Both the position numbers and the translations under genes were made by a program. The notes under the pieces are model-generated. The model was given only the letters and a program-made list of their open reading frames with translations. It was not told the DNA's origin and searched no databases. Below, piece by piece: positions 40,705-49,697 of a DNA stretch of 64,000 nucleotides (positions are counted from its first letter, which is position 1; each line of letters starts with the position of its first letter). The stretch lies in the NCBI GenBank assembly GCA_041651095.1, contig JBAZJV010000002.1, positions 107,621 to 171,620 on the forward strand. Direction: 5' to 3'. This DNA comes from Patescibacteria group bacterium (GTDB lineage Bacteria > Patescibacteriota > Patescibacteriia > Patescibacteriales > UBA12465).

Positions 40705-41487
40705 TCAACCGCCGAGAGCCGCGCCAATATTACGCGTATTCGGCAAATAAGCAAAATTATCGGAATGCGATTGAATAATCGAATACCCTTGACTCGTTAA
40801 TAAATCCTTACATATTTGATCATCACGCGGGCTTAAATGTCTATATTCATAAAGGATCATCTTCGGTTTTATCGTGGCAAAAGGGATGTTCTGGATAATC
40901 TGATAATCATGACCCTCCGTATCGATATGTAACAGGTCGATTTTTCCAACGGCGTATTTTTTAAGCAAGTTCTGAAAAGACATGACCGGAATTCGTTCCG
41001 AAATCAAATGTTTATCAATATTGGGCACTAGACACCTATGTTTTAAGACAACTTCTTTATGAAATGAGCCGAGTTGCTCATACCAGCGAGGATTGCCGGG
41101 CTCATTATTCTTTTCAACCCTATAGAAAGTTTCCACTCCATCGTGGTCGCTAATTGCTATGTTCTCAAAAGCTATATCAGGCGAATTTCGATAATTTTCT
41201 TTTAATTCTTCAAACAAATATTGCACCGGCTCAACCAGCAAGCCATGCCATTTATATATTTTTGAAAAATAATAGAGAATGGCTCCGGCCTTACCGTTAT
41301 TGGAGCCGATTTGCACCCAAAAAAAATTGCTGTTACTTGATAAACGGACTTTAATTAGCCAATAAATCTTTAAATACTTCAATTTCCTAAAGATGACGAG
41401 CATCTGCCTGAACATAAATTGCGAAGAGATTATAATGTAAAAATGAATAATAATTTTATTATAACAATAAACTAAAAACCCCGCCAT
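40705..41487 (-). CDS. FkbM-family SAM-dependent methyltransferase.
   Basis: Evidence includes FFWVQIGSNNGKAG (the VDIGAN-like SAM motif) and IDLLHIDTEGHDYQIIQ, typical of FkbM. The true start is probably internal to the annotated ORF. Confidence 0.7.
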   Translation of the reverse strand: MAGFLVYCYNKIIIHFYIIISSQFMFRQMLVIFRKLKYLKIYWLIKVRLSSNSNFFWVQIGSNNGKAGAILYYFSKIYKWHGLLVEPVQYLFEELKENYRNSPDIAFENIAISDHDGVETFYRVEKNNEPGNPRWYEQLGSFHKEVVLKHRCLVPNIDKHLISERIPVMSFQNLLKKYAVGKIDLLHIDTEGHDYQIIQNIPFATIKPKMILYEYRHLSPRDDQICKDLLTSQGYSIIQSHSDNFAYLPNTRNIGAALGG

Positions 41488-41582
41488 AACCAGCGAGGCT
41501 TAAACTTTGTAGTCTTAAGGTCTGAAATTTATCACAATTTTGAGGGGATTATAGCTAAAATCTGGAAATGGGCGAAAATTTG

Positions 41583-41611
41583 TTGACATTTAGCTATTAT
41601 GGGTATATACT
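41583..41611 (+). promoter_or_regulatory. Sigma70-type promoter for the 41671..46478 operon.
   Basis: TTGACA, a 17-nt spacer and TATACT lie about 60 nt upstream of the first ATG. Confidence 0.6.
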
Positions 41612-41670
41612 CATAATAGGCGATAGATAAAGGTCGAATTGCTATTATAAAAAATATTAATAATAAATTT

Positions 41671-41913
41671 ATGCCAAATATGAATGGAACTGGCCCTATG
41701 GGTCAAGGACCACAAACTGGTCGAGGGATGGGCCGCTGTGCTAGTGGAGAGAGAATGTTTTGGTGCGGACGAAGAATGATGGGTCGAGGTGGCTTTAAGC
41801 TATCTTTGTCGTCTGAAGACCAACTAAAGGCTTTAGATGAAGAGGAAAAAGCATTGTTATCAGACTTGGAAGCGGTAAAAAAGGAAAAAGAGGCTTTAAA
41901 AAGCCAAAAATAA
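41671..41913 (+). CDS. DUF5320-family protein.
   Basis: The N-terminus is MPNMNGTGPMGQGPQTGRGMGRC (the G-T-G-P-x-G-x-G-P-x-T-G-R-G signature). The C-terminal coiled coil is LDEEEKALLSDLEAVKKEKEALK. Confidence 0.65.
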   Translation: MPNMNGTGPMGQGPQTGRGMGRCASGERMFWCGRRMMGRGGFKLSLSSEDQLKALDEEEKALLSDLEAVKKEKEALKSQK

Positions 41914-42008
41914 AAGAAGGCATGGAAACCGGCCTCTTAATAAAAAGGGGCCGGAGAGCTTTCTCTTATAATTATGAATTAACAAATAATAGATAGTTTC
42001 TCAAGATT

Positions 42009-42284
42009 ATGCCCAGACCGAGATTGCGCCGAAAAATAGAATTTAATCCCGAGATAACATATTTCAAACCCCAAGGTCTTCCTATGAGGAATCTTGAAAT
42101 AGTTGAATTGACGATGGAAGAAATAGAGGCATATCGCCTTAGACATTTAAGTAATTTAGACCAGAAAGAAGCGGCTCAAAAAATGCATACCTCGGCTAGT
42201 ACATATCAAAGGATTATTTATTCTGCTTATGGAAAAATTGCTGACGCCCTGATAAATGGTAAGGCTATAAAAGTTATTAAATAG
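42009..42284 (+). CDS. DUF134 (UPF0251) family putative DNA-binding protein.
   Basis: Evidence is MPRPRLRRKIEFNPEITYFKPQG...ELTMEEIEAYRLRHLSNLDQKEAAQKMHTSASTYQRII, a sigma70 region 4-like HTH. Confidence 0.7.
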   Translation: MPRPRLRRKIEFNPEITYFKPQGLPMRNLEIVELTMEEIEAYRLRHLSNLDQKEAAQKMHTSASTYQRIIYSAYGKIADALINGKAIKVIK

Positions 42285-42288
42285 ATTT

Positions 42289-43344
42289 ATGAAAAAAATA
42301 ATATTTTTTATCGGTATTTCATTTATTTTTACTTTTTTAGTAAAAGATGTTTCTGCTCAAGAAAATAAAGCGATTTTATATTACGGCAATGGCTGCCCCC
42401 ATTGCGCTGAAGTTGAAGAATTTATTAAAAATAATGAATTTTCTTTTTCTATCGAACAAAAAGAAATATACAACAACAAAATTAATGCGGGAGAGTTTAA
42501 TAGAGTTTGTTCGGACCAGGGGATTAGCCTTATGAATAGAGGGGTGCCTTTTCTTTATGCTGAAAATGAGTGTTTTGTTGGCGATAAACAAATTATTTCT
42601 TATTTACAAACTAAACAAAAACAAAATAATGAAGTTTTGCCTAATGAAGATGTAATTAATACAAAAGGAAGCGTTTCGGAATCATTAACTTTGCCAATTT
42701 TAATTGGCGCCGCTCTGGTTGATTCAATTAATCCTTGTGAGTTTGCCGTTTTACTAATTTTAATTGCGACTATTTTGGCATCTGGGGATAGAAAAAGAGC
42801 TTTGCTTTCAGGTTTGGCTTATTCAGCTTCAATTTTTATTTCCTACTTCTTGATGGGTATGGGTTTATATTCAGTAATCTCTAGTTTTGGAACGCCAGTT
42901 ATATTTATGAAAATAATTGGCGGTATCGCGATTTTGATCGGGTTATTTAATGTTAAAGATTATTTTTGGTATGGAAAAGGGTTTTTAATGGAAGTCCCTT
43001 TGAGCTGGCGGCCAAAAATGAAATCTTTGGTCAGGTCAATCACCGGCCCTCTCAGCGCTTTTTTAATCGGTTTCGTGGTGAGCTTATTCTTGCTGCCTTG
43101 TACTAGCGGCCCATATATCGTTATTTTAGGAATGCTGGGGCACGGAGAAACAATGATGCGAGCTGTTTGGCTATTACTCTTATATAATTTCATATTTGTC
43201 TTGCCGATGATTATTATCAGTATTGGCATGTATTTTGGCATGAATGTTGAAAAGGCCGAAGAAACAAGAAGCAAGAATTTAAAAGTATTGCATCTAATCG
43301 CCGGGGTCATTATGATTATAATGGGAGTAGTATTAGTTTTATAA
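42289..43344 (+). CDS. Fusion of a thioredoxin/glutaredoxin-like domain with a CcdA/DsbD-type thiol-disulfide transmembrane electron transporter.
   Basis: After a signal peptide comes YYGNGCPHCAEVEEFI (CxxC). The membrane domain has NPCEFAVLLILI and LLPCTSGPYIV, the two conserved Cys of CcdA. Confidence 0.75.
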   Translation: MKKIIFFIGISFIFTFLVKDVSAQENKAILYYGNGCPHCAEVEEFIKNNEFSFSIEQKEIYNNKINAGEFNRVCSDQGISLMNRGVPFLYAENECFVGDKQIISYLQTKQKQNNEVLPNEDVINTKGSVSESLTLPILIGAALVDSINPCEFAVLLILIATILASGDRKRALLSGLAYSASIFISYFLMGMGLYSVISSFGTPVIFMKIIGGIAILIGLFNVKDYFWYGKGFLMEVPLSWRPKMKSLVRSITGPLSAFLIGFVVSLFLLPCTSGPYIVILGMLGHGETMMRAVWLLLLYNFIFVLPMIIISIGMYFGMNVEKAEETRSKNLKVLHLIAGVIMIIMGVVLVL

Positions 43345-43378
43345 AATTTAAAATAATAAAATAAATAACTATAAATTT

Positions 43379-43777
43379 ATGAAAGGATTTAACACAAACA
43401 TAGAAAAAGCGACTTTAGAAAATAATTATTTTCGTAAAGTTCTTTATTCAGGAAAACATAGCCAATTAGTCTTAATGTCCTTAAAACCAAATGAAGAAAT
43501 TGGCTTAGAAATTCATTCTGAGAATGATCAGTTTTTCCGTTTTGAACAAGGTCAAGGAAAATGTTTAATTGATGGGAATGAATATCTGGTTGAAGATGGC
43601 TCGGCCATAATTGTTCCGGCCGGAGCCGAACATAATATTATAAATATTTCTGAAACGGAAGAACTAAAGCTCTATACTATTTATTCTCCTGCTCACCATA
43701 AAGATCAAATTGTTAGATTGACCAAGGAAGAGGCGGAAACTAATGATGAAGAATTTGATGGTAAAACAACAGAATAA
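43379..43777 (+). CDS. Cupin domain protein.
   Basis: The two cupin motifs are GLEIHSENDQFFRFEQGQG and AIIVPAGAEHNIIN. Confidence 0.75.
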   Translation: MKGFNTNIEKATLENNYFRKVLYSGKHSQLVLMSLKPNEEIGLEIHSENDQFFRFEQGQGKCLIDGNEYLVEDGSAIIVPAGAEHNIINISETEELKLYTIYSPAHHKDQIVRLTKEEAETNDEEFDGKTTE

Positions 43778-43805
43778 TATTTTAATTTATTAAAATTAAT
43801 AAAAA

Positions 43806-44570
43806 ATGGAGTCCGATAAAATTAGAAATTGTTTATTAGTCTTCTCCGGAAAAGGCGGTGTTGGTAAATCTACTGTAGCTGTAAATTTAGCCATGATTTT
43901 AGCTAAGAAGGGGTTAAAAGTTGGATTGCTTGATGCTGATATTCATGGACCCAATTCAGCCTTAATGCTTGGCGTAACCGAAAAGAAAATTTTTTCTTGT
44001 GGTGAAGACTTTATCTTGCCGGTTGAAATAAATAAAAATTTATCCTTGGTTTCTATTGCTTATTTCATACCAAAAACTGACACCCCGGTAATCTGGCGCG
44101 GTCCAGCCAAAATGAAAATCATTGAAAAATTTGTGAAAGAGGTAAATTGGGGTAATTTGGATTGGTTGATAGTTGACGCTCCGCCAGGGACTGGAGATGA
44201 ACCGTTATCAATCGCTCAATTGCTGCCTAAATCTAAAGCAATTATAGTAACTACCCCGCAAGATGTTTCCTTGCTTGATTCGACTAAGGCGATTAATTTT
44301 GCTAAAGAGTTAAAATTAAAGATAGCTGGGGTAATCGAAAATATGAGCGGTTTAATTTGCCCTCATTGTAAAAAAACAATAGACTTATTTAAGCATGATG
44401 GCGGCAAAAAAATTGCCAAAAAATATAAAATACCATTTTTAGGTTCTGTCCCCGTAGATCCAGAAATGGTTATTTCCGGTGATAGTGGGAATCCGATTGT
44501 TATAAATAATAAATCTAAAATAACTAAAATATTTTCTTCGATTGTTGATAAATTATTAGTTAAAAAATAA
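43806..44570 (+). CDS. Mrp/NBP35 (ApbC) family P-loop ATPase, a putative Fe-S cluster carrier.
   Basis: The deviant Walker A is SGKGGVGKSTVAVNLA. DAPPGTGDE and the CPHC motif (LICPHCKK) are also present. Confidence 0.88.
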   Translation: MESDKIRNCLLVFSGKGGVGKSTVAVNLAMILAKKGLKVGLLDADIHGPNSALMLGVTEKKIFSCGEDFILPVEINKNLSLVSIAYFIPKTDTPVIWRGPAKMKIIEKFVKEVNWGNLDWLIVDAPPGTGDEPLSIAQLLPKSKAIIVTTPQDVSLLDSTKAINFAKELKLKIAGVIENMSGLICPHCKKTIDLFKHDGGKKIAKKYKIPFLGSVPVDPEMVISGDSGNPIVINNKSKITKIFSSIVDKLLVKK

Positions 44571-44575
44571 AAAAC

Positions 44576-45316
44576 ATGATTACTTTACTTTTTATTGTAT
44601 TGGCGTGCTTGGCAATTAGTCTTTGTGTTTGGATAGCAGTTATTTTTTTGTATTTTAAAAAAGAAACGCTTCAAAAAATAACATTGTTTTTGGTTTCTTT
44701 ATCAGCTGGCGCTTTAATGGGCGGAGCTTTTTTACATCTTTTGCCCGAAGCGGCGCAAGAAATAGAAACAAATAAATTATATTTAATAGTATTGATCGCT
44801 TTCATTTCTTTCTTTTTCATGGAAAAGTTGTTATTTTGGCGACACTGTCATAAAGAGAATTGCCTAATTCACACTTTCGGCTATATGAATTTAGTCGGCG
44901 ATTCTCTACATAATTTTATTGACGGCCTAGTCATTGCCAGCACATTTTTAATTGATATAAAATTAGGTTTAGTAACAACATTAGCGATAGCGATACACGA
45001 AATTCCGCAGGAGATAGGCGACTTCGGGGTTTTGATTCATGCGGGATTTAACAAAAAGAAAGCTTTGATAATAAACTATCTTGTTGCCTTAACCGTTGTT
45101 ATTGGCGGAGTGGTCGGCTATTTTGCCTCCTTTAAGCTTCATAATATTATTCCATATTTGTTGCCGTTTGCCGCCGGTGGATTTATTTATATTGCTGCCT
45201 CCGATTTAATGCCAGAACTAAGAAAGGAAACTAACTTAAAGAAATCCTTCGGTTCTTTTGTAATCTTTATTTTGGGGATAGTTTTAATGCTGCTAGTTAA
45301 ACTGATTAATGGGTAG
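44576..45316 (+). CDS. ZIP-family divalent metal transporter (ZupT/GufA-like).
   Basis: Evidence includes HNFIDGLVIAS, AIAIHEIPQEIGDFGVLI and about 8 TM helices. Confidence 0.85.
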   Translation: MITLLFIVLACLAISLCVWIAVIFLYFKKETLQKITLFLVSLSAGALMGGAFLHLLPEAAQEIETNKLYLIVLIAFISFFFMEKLLFWRHCHKENCLIHTFGYMNLVGDSLHNFIDGLVIASTFLIDIKLGLVTTLAIAIHEIPQEIGDFGVLIHAGFNKKKALIINYLVALTVVIGGVVGYFASFKLHNIIPYLLPFAAGGFIYIAASDLMPELRKETNLKKSFGSFVIFILGIVLMLLVKLING

Positions 45317-45371
45317 GGAATGTAAAGTTAGGCATAGCCGTTAGTGCTAATATTTAAGAATAAATTAATTT

Positions 45372-46478
45372 ATGAATAAATTAAAAAAAATTTATACATT
45401 GCTAGCACTTATGGTTCTGCTGTTTCCGCAATTATCAAAAGCGCAAGAAGTTAAAGAAGATGTCGCTAATTTTAAGGCGAAGGTAGTGGATATTTTGCAG
45501 GTTGAGGAAAAAACCAGAGAAGACGGAACTAAATTTAAACAACAAAACCTAAAACTTCTCGGCTTAGCGGGCGCTTGGAAAGACAAAGAAATAATTTATA
45601 ACGGCATATCTGATATCGAGGTAGCTAATGCCAACTTTTACAAGGTCGGCGATAATGTTTATGTGGATGGGCATACCGACGAATTTGGCCAAGATATTTT
45701 TTATGTAACAGATTTTGTTAGAAGCGGCTACCTTTATATTTTATTTATTATTTTTGTCTTCGCCGTTTTATTGGTGGGGGGAACAAAAGGATTCAAGGCT
45801 TTACTTGGCTTGTTTCTGAGCTTTGCAGTTATTATAAAATTTATTTTGCCGCAAATACTGAATGGTCGAGACCCCTTTTTAATTAGCTTGCTTGGCGGTT
45901 TAGTAATTTTAGGAATAATAATTTATTTGACGGAAGGGTTTAAAAGAAAATCCCATATTGCCGTTTTGTCGGTTTTAATTTCCTTATCGGCAACCTTGAT
46001 GCTATCAATAATTTTCACAAAATTATCTAAACTATCGGGATTGGCCCAAGAAGAAGCGGCGTTTCTGATCGGTGCGGGCAACATTGAAATTAATTTTCAG
46101 GGCTTATTATTAGCCGGTTTTATTATTGGAGCGATTGGAGTTTTAGACGATATCATTGTCGGCCAAATTGAAGCGGTCGAGCAAATCAAGGAGGCTAATC
46201 CGAACTTGCCCACCAAAAAAGTATTTTCATTAGCTTATAAGGTCGGCAATACTCACTTGGGCGCCATTGTAAATACTTTATTCCTTACTTATGCGGGGGC
46301 CGCTTTGCCACTACTTTTATTATTTATTTTGAACCAGGATTCAGGGATAACATTCAATAGATTGATAAATACGGAAATAGTCAGCACAGAAATAGTTAGA
46401 ACGTTGGTCGGCAGTATCGGCGTAATGCTATCCATGCCGATCGCTACTTTTTTAGCGGCTATTAAGTTAAAAAAATAA
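45372..46478 (+). CDS. YibE/F-family membrane protein.
   Basis: A signal peptide is followed by the extracytoplasmic segment FKAKVVDILQVEEKTREDGTKFKQQNLKL...FYVTDFVRSGYL and then about 7 TM helices (FILPQILNG...). This matches my recollection of the YibE/F architecture. Confidence 0.7.
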   Translation: MNKLKKIYTLLALMVLLFPQLSKAQEVKEDVANFKAKVVDILQVEEKTREDGTKFKQQNLKLLGLAGAWKDKEIIYNGISDIEVANANFYKVGDNVYVDGHTDEFGQDIFYVTDFVRSGYLYILFIIFVFAVLLVGGTKGFKALLGLFLSFAVIIKFILPQILNGRDPFLISLLGGLVILGIIIYLTEGFKRKSHIAVLSVLISLSATLMLSIIFTKLSKLSGLAQEEAAFLIGAGNIEINFQGLLLAGFIIGAIGVLDDIIVGQIEAVEQIKEANPNLPTKKVFSLAYKVGNTHLGAIVNTLFLTYAGAALPLLLLFILNQDSGITFNRLINTEIVSTEIVRTLVGSIGVMLSMPIATFLAAIKLKK

Positions 46479-46511
46479 ATAATTGGATTCTATTGTCTTG
46501 GTCGTGTAACT

Positions 46512-46540
46512 AAAAAACTCCAAACAAGTTGGAGTTTTTT
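46512..46540. terminator. Bidirectional intrinsic terminator at the operon end and downstream of tRNA-Glu.
   Basis: The hairpin is aaaaaactccaa-acaag-ttggagtttttt. Confidence 0.75.
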
Positions 46541-46546
46541 ATTACG

Positions 46547-46618
46547 TAGTCCCTAGGGGAATCGAACCCCTGTTAACAGGATGAAAACCTGTCGTCCTAA
46601 CCACTAGACGAAGGGACC
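46547..46618 (-). tRNA. tRNA-Glu (anticodon UUC).
   Basis: The reverse complement is GGTCCCTTCGTCTAGTGGTTAGGACGACAGGTTTTCATCCTGTTAACAGGGGTTCGATTCCCCTAGGGACTA. I folded the cloverleaf by hand, with anticodon loop TTTTCAT. It closely resembles E. coli tRNA-Glu. CCA is not encoded. Confidence 0.9.
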
Positions 46619-46705
46619 GCCTAAAAATTCAGTTCTATTCTATAAACAAACCGACTTTCTGTCAAGAAATTTGTCTTTTCCGTAAAATCCCCTACAATAC
46701 TATAT

Positions 46706-47773
46706 ATGTATATCCTGGGTATAGAAACCAGCTGCGATGAAAGCGCCGCCTCCGTCATTAAAGCCGATGCCAAAACCGGCCGGCTTAAAGTATTATCCAA
46801 TGTCATCGCATCGCAGATCGAAATCCATAAAAAATACGGTGGCGTGGTGCCGGAAGTGGCGGCGCGCGAGCATGTCCTAAATATTTTACCGGTGATTAAT
46901 GAGGCGCTAACAAAAGCCAAGATAAAACCTGCGCAGTTAACGGCCATCGGGGTGACTAAGGGCCCAGGACTCATCACTTCCCTGATTACCGGCGTGGAAA
47001 CGGTACGTACCTTGGCTTACGTTTGGAAGAAACCGGTCGTAGAAGTAAACCACATAGATGGACATATTTATGCCAATTTTATCGAAGCTGGCCACTTGAT
47101 TAAATATCCGGCCGTCATTTTGACTGTTTCCGGCGGGCATACGATACTATTGACCATGGGGCGTACCGGCAAAATAAAAATCATCGGCGAAACCAGGGAT
47201 GATGCGGCCGGTGAGGCGTATGATAAAGCCGCTAAGATGATGGGGCTCGGTTATCCAGGCGGACCGATCATTGCGCGTTATGCCGACCAGCATCAGGCGA
47301 CGCTCGCCCAAAGATCCATCAGTAATAAAACGGAGCGGATCAAGGCTATAGAATTGCCTCGCCCGATGATGTATTCCGCTGATTTTGATTTTTCTTTCTC
47401 CGGCCTCAAGACGGCGTTGCTATATCAGCTGCAAAAAGACCAACGATGGAAACGGTGGATTCCGCAATATTGTTTTGAATACCAAAATGCCATTATCGAC
47501 ATCCTGGTACACAAGACTATCGGGGCCGCCCGGAAATTCCGGGCCAAAACAGTAATGTTGGCCGGCGGCGTCAGCGCCAATACAGCGTTGCGTTCCCGGC
47601 TGGCTGAGGCGGTGCGGACCAAGCTGACTGGCGCTAATTTCTTAGTCCCCAAATTTGAATACACCACCGATAATGCCGCCATGATCGCGGCGGCGGCCTA
47701 TTACCGCTTACGGTGGAAAAAAACGATTCCCTTTCAACGGCTGCGGGTTGACGCCAGTTTACAATTAAAATAA
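46706..47773 (+). CDS. tsaD: tRNA N6-adenosine threonylcarbamoyltransferase (Kae1/TsaD).
   Basis: Evidence includes MYILGIETSCDESAASVI, GGVVPEVAAREH, SGGHT and GGVSAN. Confidence 0.95.
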   Translation: MYILGIETSCDESAASVIKADAKTGRLKVLSNVIASQIEIHKKYGGVVPEVAAREHVLNILPVINEALTKAKIKPAQLTAIGVTKGPGLITSLITGVETVRTLAYVWKKPVVEVNHIDGHIYANFIEAGHLIKYPAVILTVSGGHTILLTMGRTGKIKIIGETRDDAAGEAYDKAAKMMGLGYPGGPIIARYADQHQATLAQRSISNKTERIKAIELPRPMMYSADFDFSFSGLKTALLYQLQKDQRWKRWIPQYCFEYQNAIIDILVHKTIGAARKFRAKTVMLAGGVSANTALRSRLAEAVRTKLTGANFLVPKFEYTTDNAAMIAAAAYYRLRWKKTIPFQRLRVDASLQLK

Positions 47774-47821
47774 GATAAGCTAATATTCAAGTGAATAAAG
47801 CCGGCCGCAAGGCCAGCCTAA

Positions 47822-47895
47822 GGCTCGATGGCGAAGTGGTCTAACGCTGCAGTTTGCAAAACTGCCATTCGTGGGTTCGACTCCCACTCGAGCCT
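47822..47895 (+). tRNA. tRNA-Cys (anticodon GCA).
   Basis: In my hand fold the acceptor is GGCTCGA/TCGAGCC, the anticodon stem is GCAGT/ACTGC with loop TTGCAAA, and the T arm is GTGGG-TTCGACT-CCCAC. Confidence 0.92.
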
Positions 47896-47898
47896 CAT

Positions 47899-47930
47899 AA
47901 AAACCGACACTATAGGAATGTCGGTTTTTT
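47899..47930 (+). terminator. Intrinsic terminator after tRNA-Cys.
   Basis: The hairpin is aaaaccgaca-ctataggaa-tgtcggtttttt. Confidence 0.75.
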
Positions 47931-48017
47931 ACTTGCATTTTCCCCGAAAATGTTATATTTTGATTAGATTTAATCAATTGACCTTTAACAATTCATCCAC
48001 TAAACATGAGGTAAAAA

Positions 48018-49604
48018 ATGGACGGACAGAACAAAATCCTTAAGGAAATGATTAATGGTTACGGGACAGGTTTCCCCGATTTAGAATCCTTATTCGGTAT
48101 GCGCCCATACCAAGACCAGCGACAAAAAATGCTGTCCCCTGTCTCACTAATCGGTAGATACGGAAATAGCGTCTCTTTTATGGAAAACATTACTTCCGGA
48201 AAAGCCATCGGAATATCTAGATTTGATGTAATCAAACGCTACCTGTTCGCTCTCAGTAAATTTATGGACGAGCAGAAGAATATCCCGGATGAAAAAAAGA
48301 TAATTCACGGCTTAACCGCCGCGGAAGAAGAAGAAATCAATAAACTGTGCAATACCTTGGAAGAAGTTTTCCAGGCAGAACAGATTGAAAAATTCACTGA
48401 GCACGACACCGCGGCGGCCGGTGATTTCGCAAAGCTAAGGCTGGCGACCAGATTCCAAGATCTAGCCACACATCTGGAGGCCATATGCTTTGCTGAAACT
48501 TCCGAAGACACGATGAGTATTGTCTTCGGATGTATGGCTAATAAGTTGATATTGGGTCACCTAACGCATAAATTAGCGACTTTCTGCGGAGATATGCTAG
48601 GGTTCGTCGATTCGCACGAAGAAAACGGCCCATTGTTATTGCCGGAACTGACTCACCTACAACCAGCGGAACCGACAACGCACCGCATCAAGGTTACGAC
48701 CCGCGTGCAAGCTATCATAACCCTGCTTCACGCCCTATCCAAGCCATTTTCCGGTAAAATGGGCGGCGCCATTGGCAATCTGACTTGTCATTACGCTGCT
48801 TACCCCGATGTTAACTGGGAAAAATTCGCTCGGAAATATGTGGAAAGCTTCGGTCTGCAGTATGAAAAATATACCGACCAATGCGTTTCATATATTAACG
48901 AAGCTCAACATTTTACAACGATTGCCCATATCCTCACGGAAATAATCAAGCTGACGGAAGATTTCATCGATATGGCTTCAGCGCCAGCCCAATTTTTCAT
49001 TAAAAAGAAAAAAAAGGGCACCAAAGGCTCATCCATTATGCCCAACAAATCTAATGCCTGGGCCATGGAGGGCGCGGTCGCTATGCTTAAAAAATCTCGG
49101 AATGCCTTGATGTTCCTAGCGGAGACCCTTCCCGGCTACCCTCAGGCCGGCAATATGGCTCGATCATTTCTGTTCCGAGAACTCGGCACAGATCTTATGC
49201 CAATATTTATCGGACTTGACCGAATAACCAAGGAAATGAAAAATTACGTTCCCTGCCCAAAAAAAATAGAAGCCTTTTTTAATGAATATCCAGGTATGGC
49301 CGGCAGCGCCTTGCAGACGGTTATGAAACGGATGAAAATATCCGGCGATGCTTACCGAGTAATCGAAAGTATCGCTATCAATCCGGACGGTTCATATGCT
49401 AATAGCGAAGATTTCCAAACCGGTCTAGAACAAAAAATGGTTGAATTACAACTTTCTAACGAGCAAAAAACAGAACTCTTAAATATGTTAAATCCTAACT
49501 TTTTGGTGGCTCCAGCTCAGCGCAAAGCCGAACACGATCTTCCTCTGATGTCTATAGAATTACTGGGCTTTAAAAATTATGCCCAAAAATTCATGAATTC
49601 ATGA
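48018..49604 (+). CDS. Divergent adenylosuccinate lyase-like protein (fumarate lyase / Lyase_1 superfamily, PurB-like).
   Basis: It aligns by eye to E. coli PurB: LSPVSLIGRYGNSVS (SPVDGRYG), TEHDTAAA (TNHDVKA), FAETSEDT (FACTSEDI), LTHLQPAEP (RTHGQPATP), GKMGGAIGNLTCHYAAYPDVNWEKF ([25 protein letters not shown]), and the signature GSSIMPNKSNAW (GSSTMPHKVNPI). Confidence 0.7.
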   Translation: MDGQNKILKEMINGYGTGFPDLESLFGMRPYQDQRQKMLSPVSLIGRYGNSVSFMENITSGKAIGISRFDVIKRYLFALSKFMDEQKNIPDEKKIIHGLTAAEEEEINKLCNTLEEVFQAEQIEKFTEHDTAAAGDFAKLRLATRFQDLATHLEAICFAETSEDTMSIVFGCMANKLILGHLTHKLATFCGDMLGFVDSHEENGPLLLPELTHLQPAEPTTHRIKVTTRVQAIITLLHALSKPFSGKMGGAIGNLTCHYAAYPDVNWEKFARKYVESFGLQYEKYTDQCVSYINEAQHFTTIAHILTEIIKLTEDFIDMASAPAQFFIKKKKKGTKGSSIMPNKSNAWAMEGAVAMLKKSRNALMFLAETLPGYPQAGNMARSFLFRELGTDLMPIFIGLDRITKEMKNYVPCPKKIEAFFNEYPGMAGSALQTVMKRMKISGDAYRVIESIAINPDGSYANSEDFQTGLEQKMVELQLSNEQKTELLNMLNPNFLVAPAQRKAEHDLPLMSIELLGFKNYAQKFMNS

Positions 49605-49617
49605 ATTAAAGTCAATT

Positions 49618-49647
49618 AAAGGCGACTGTAAAAACAGCCGCCTTTTT
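49618..49647 (+). terminator. Intrinsic terminator after the PurB-like gene.
   Basis: The hairpin is aaaggcgactgt-aaaa-acagccgccttttt, with one mismatch. Confidence 0.65.
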
Positions 49648-49668
49648 CATAAATTAAACTCAAAAATC

Positions 49669-49697
49669 TGTGGATAACTTGTGTTTTTTGTGCATAA
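49669..49697. promoter_or_regulatory. Pair of DnaA-box-like 9-mers.
   Basis: TGTGGATAA (49669-49677) is the exact complement of the TTATCCACA consensus. TGTGCATAA (49689-49697) has one mismatch. Both are in the same orientation, 20 nt apart. Confidence 0.4.

Noticed and set aside
41488-41670. The divergent intergenic region at the main strand-switch point as the replication origin.
   Set aside because: It has no DnaA-box match better than 3 mismatches (TTATCACAA). It reads as a simple promoter region of the low-GC island, which is probably a later insertion.
40290-46546. A direct repeat of the tRNA-Glu 3' end at the left boundary of the low-GC island (att site).
   Set aside because: I could not find any copy of CCCTAGGGGAATCGAACC-like sequence near 40.2-41.7 kb, so integration at tRNA-Glu is not demonstrated.
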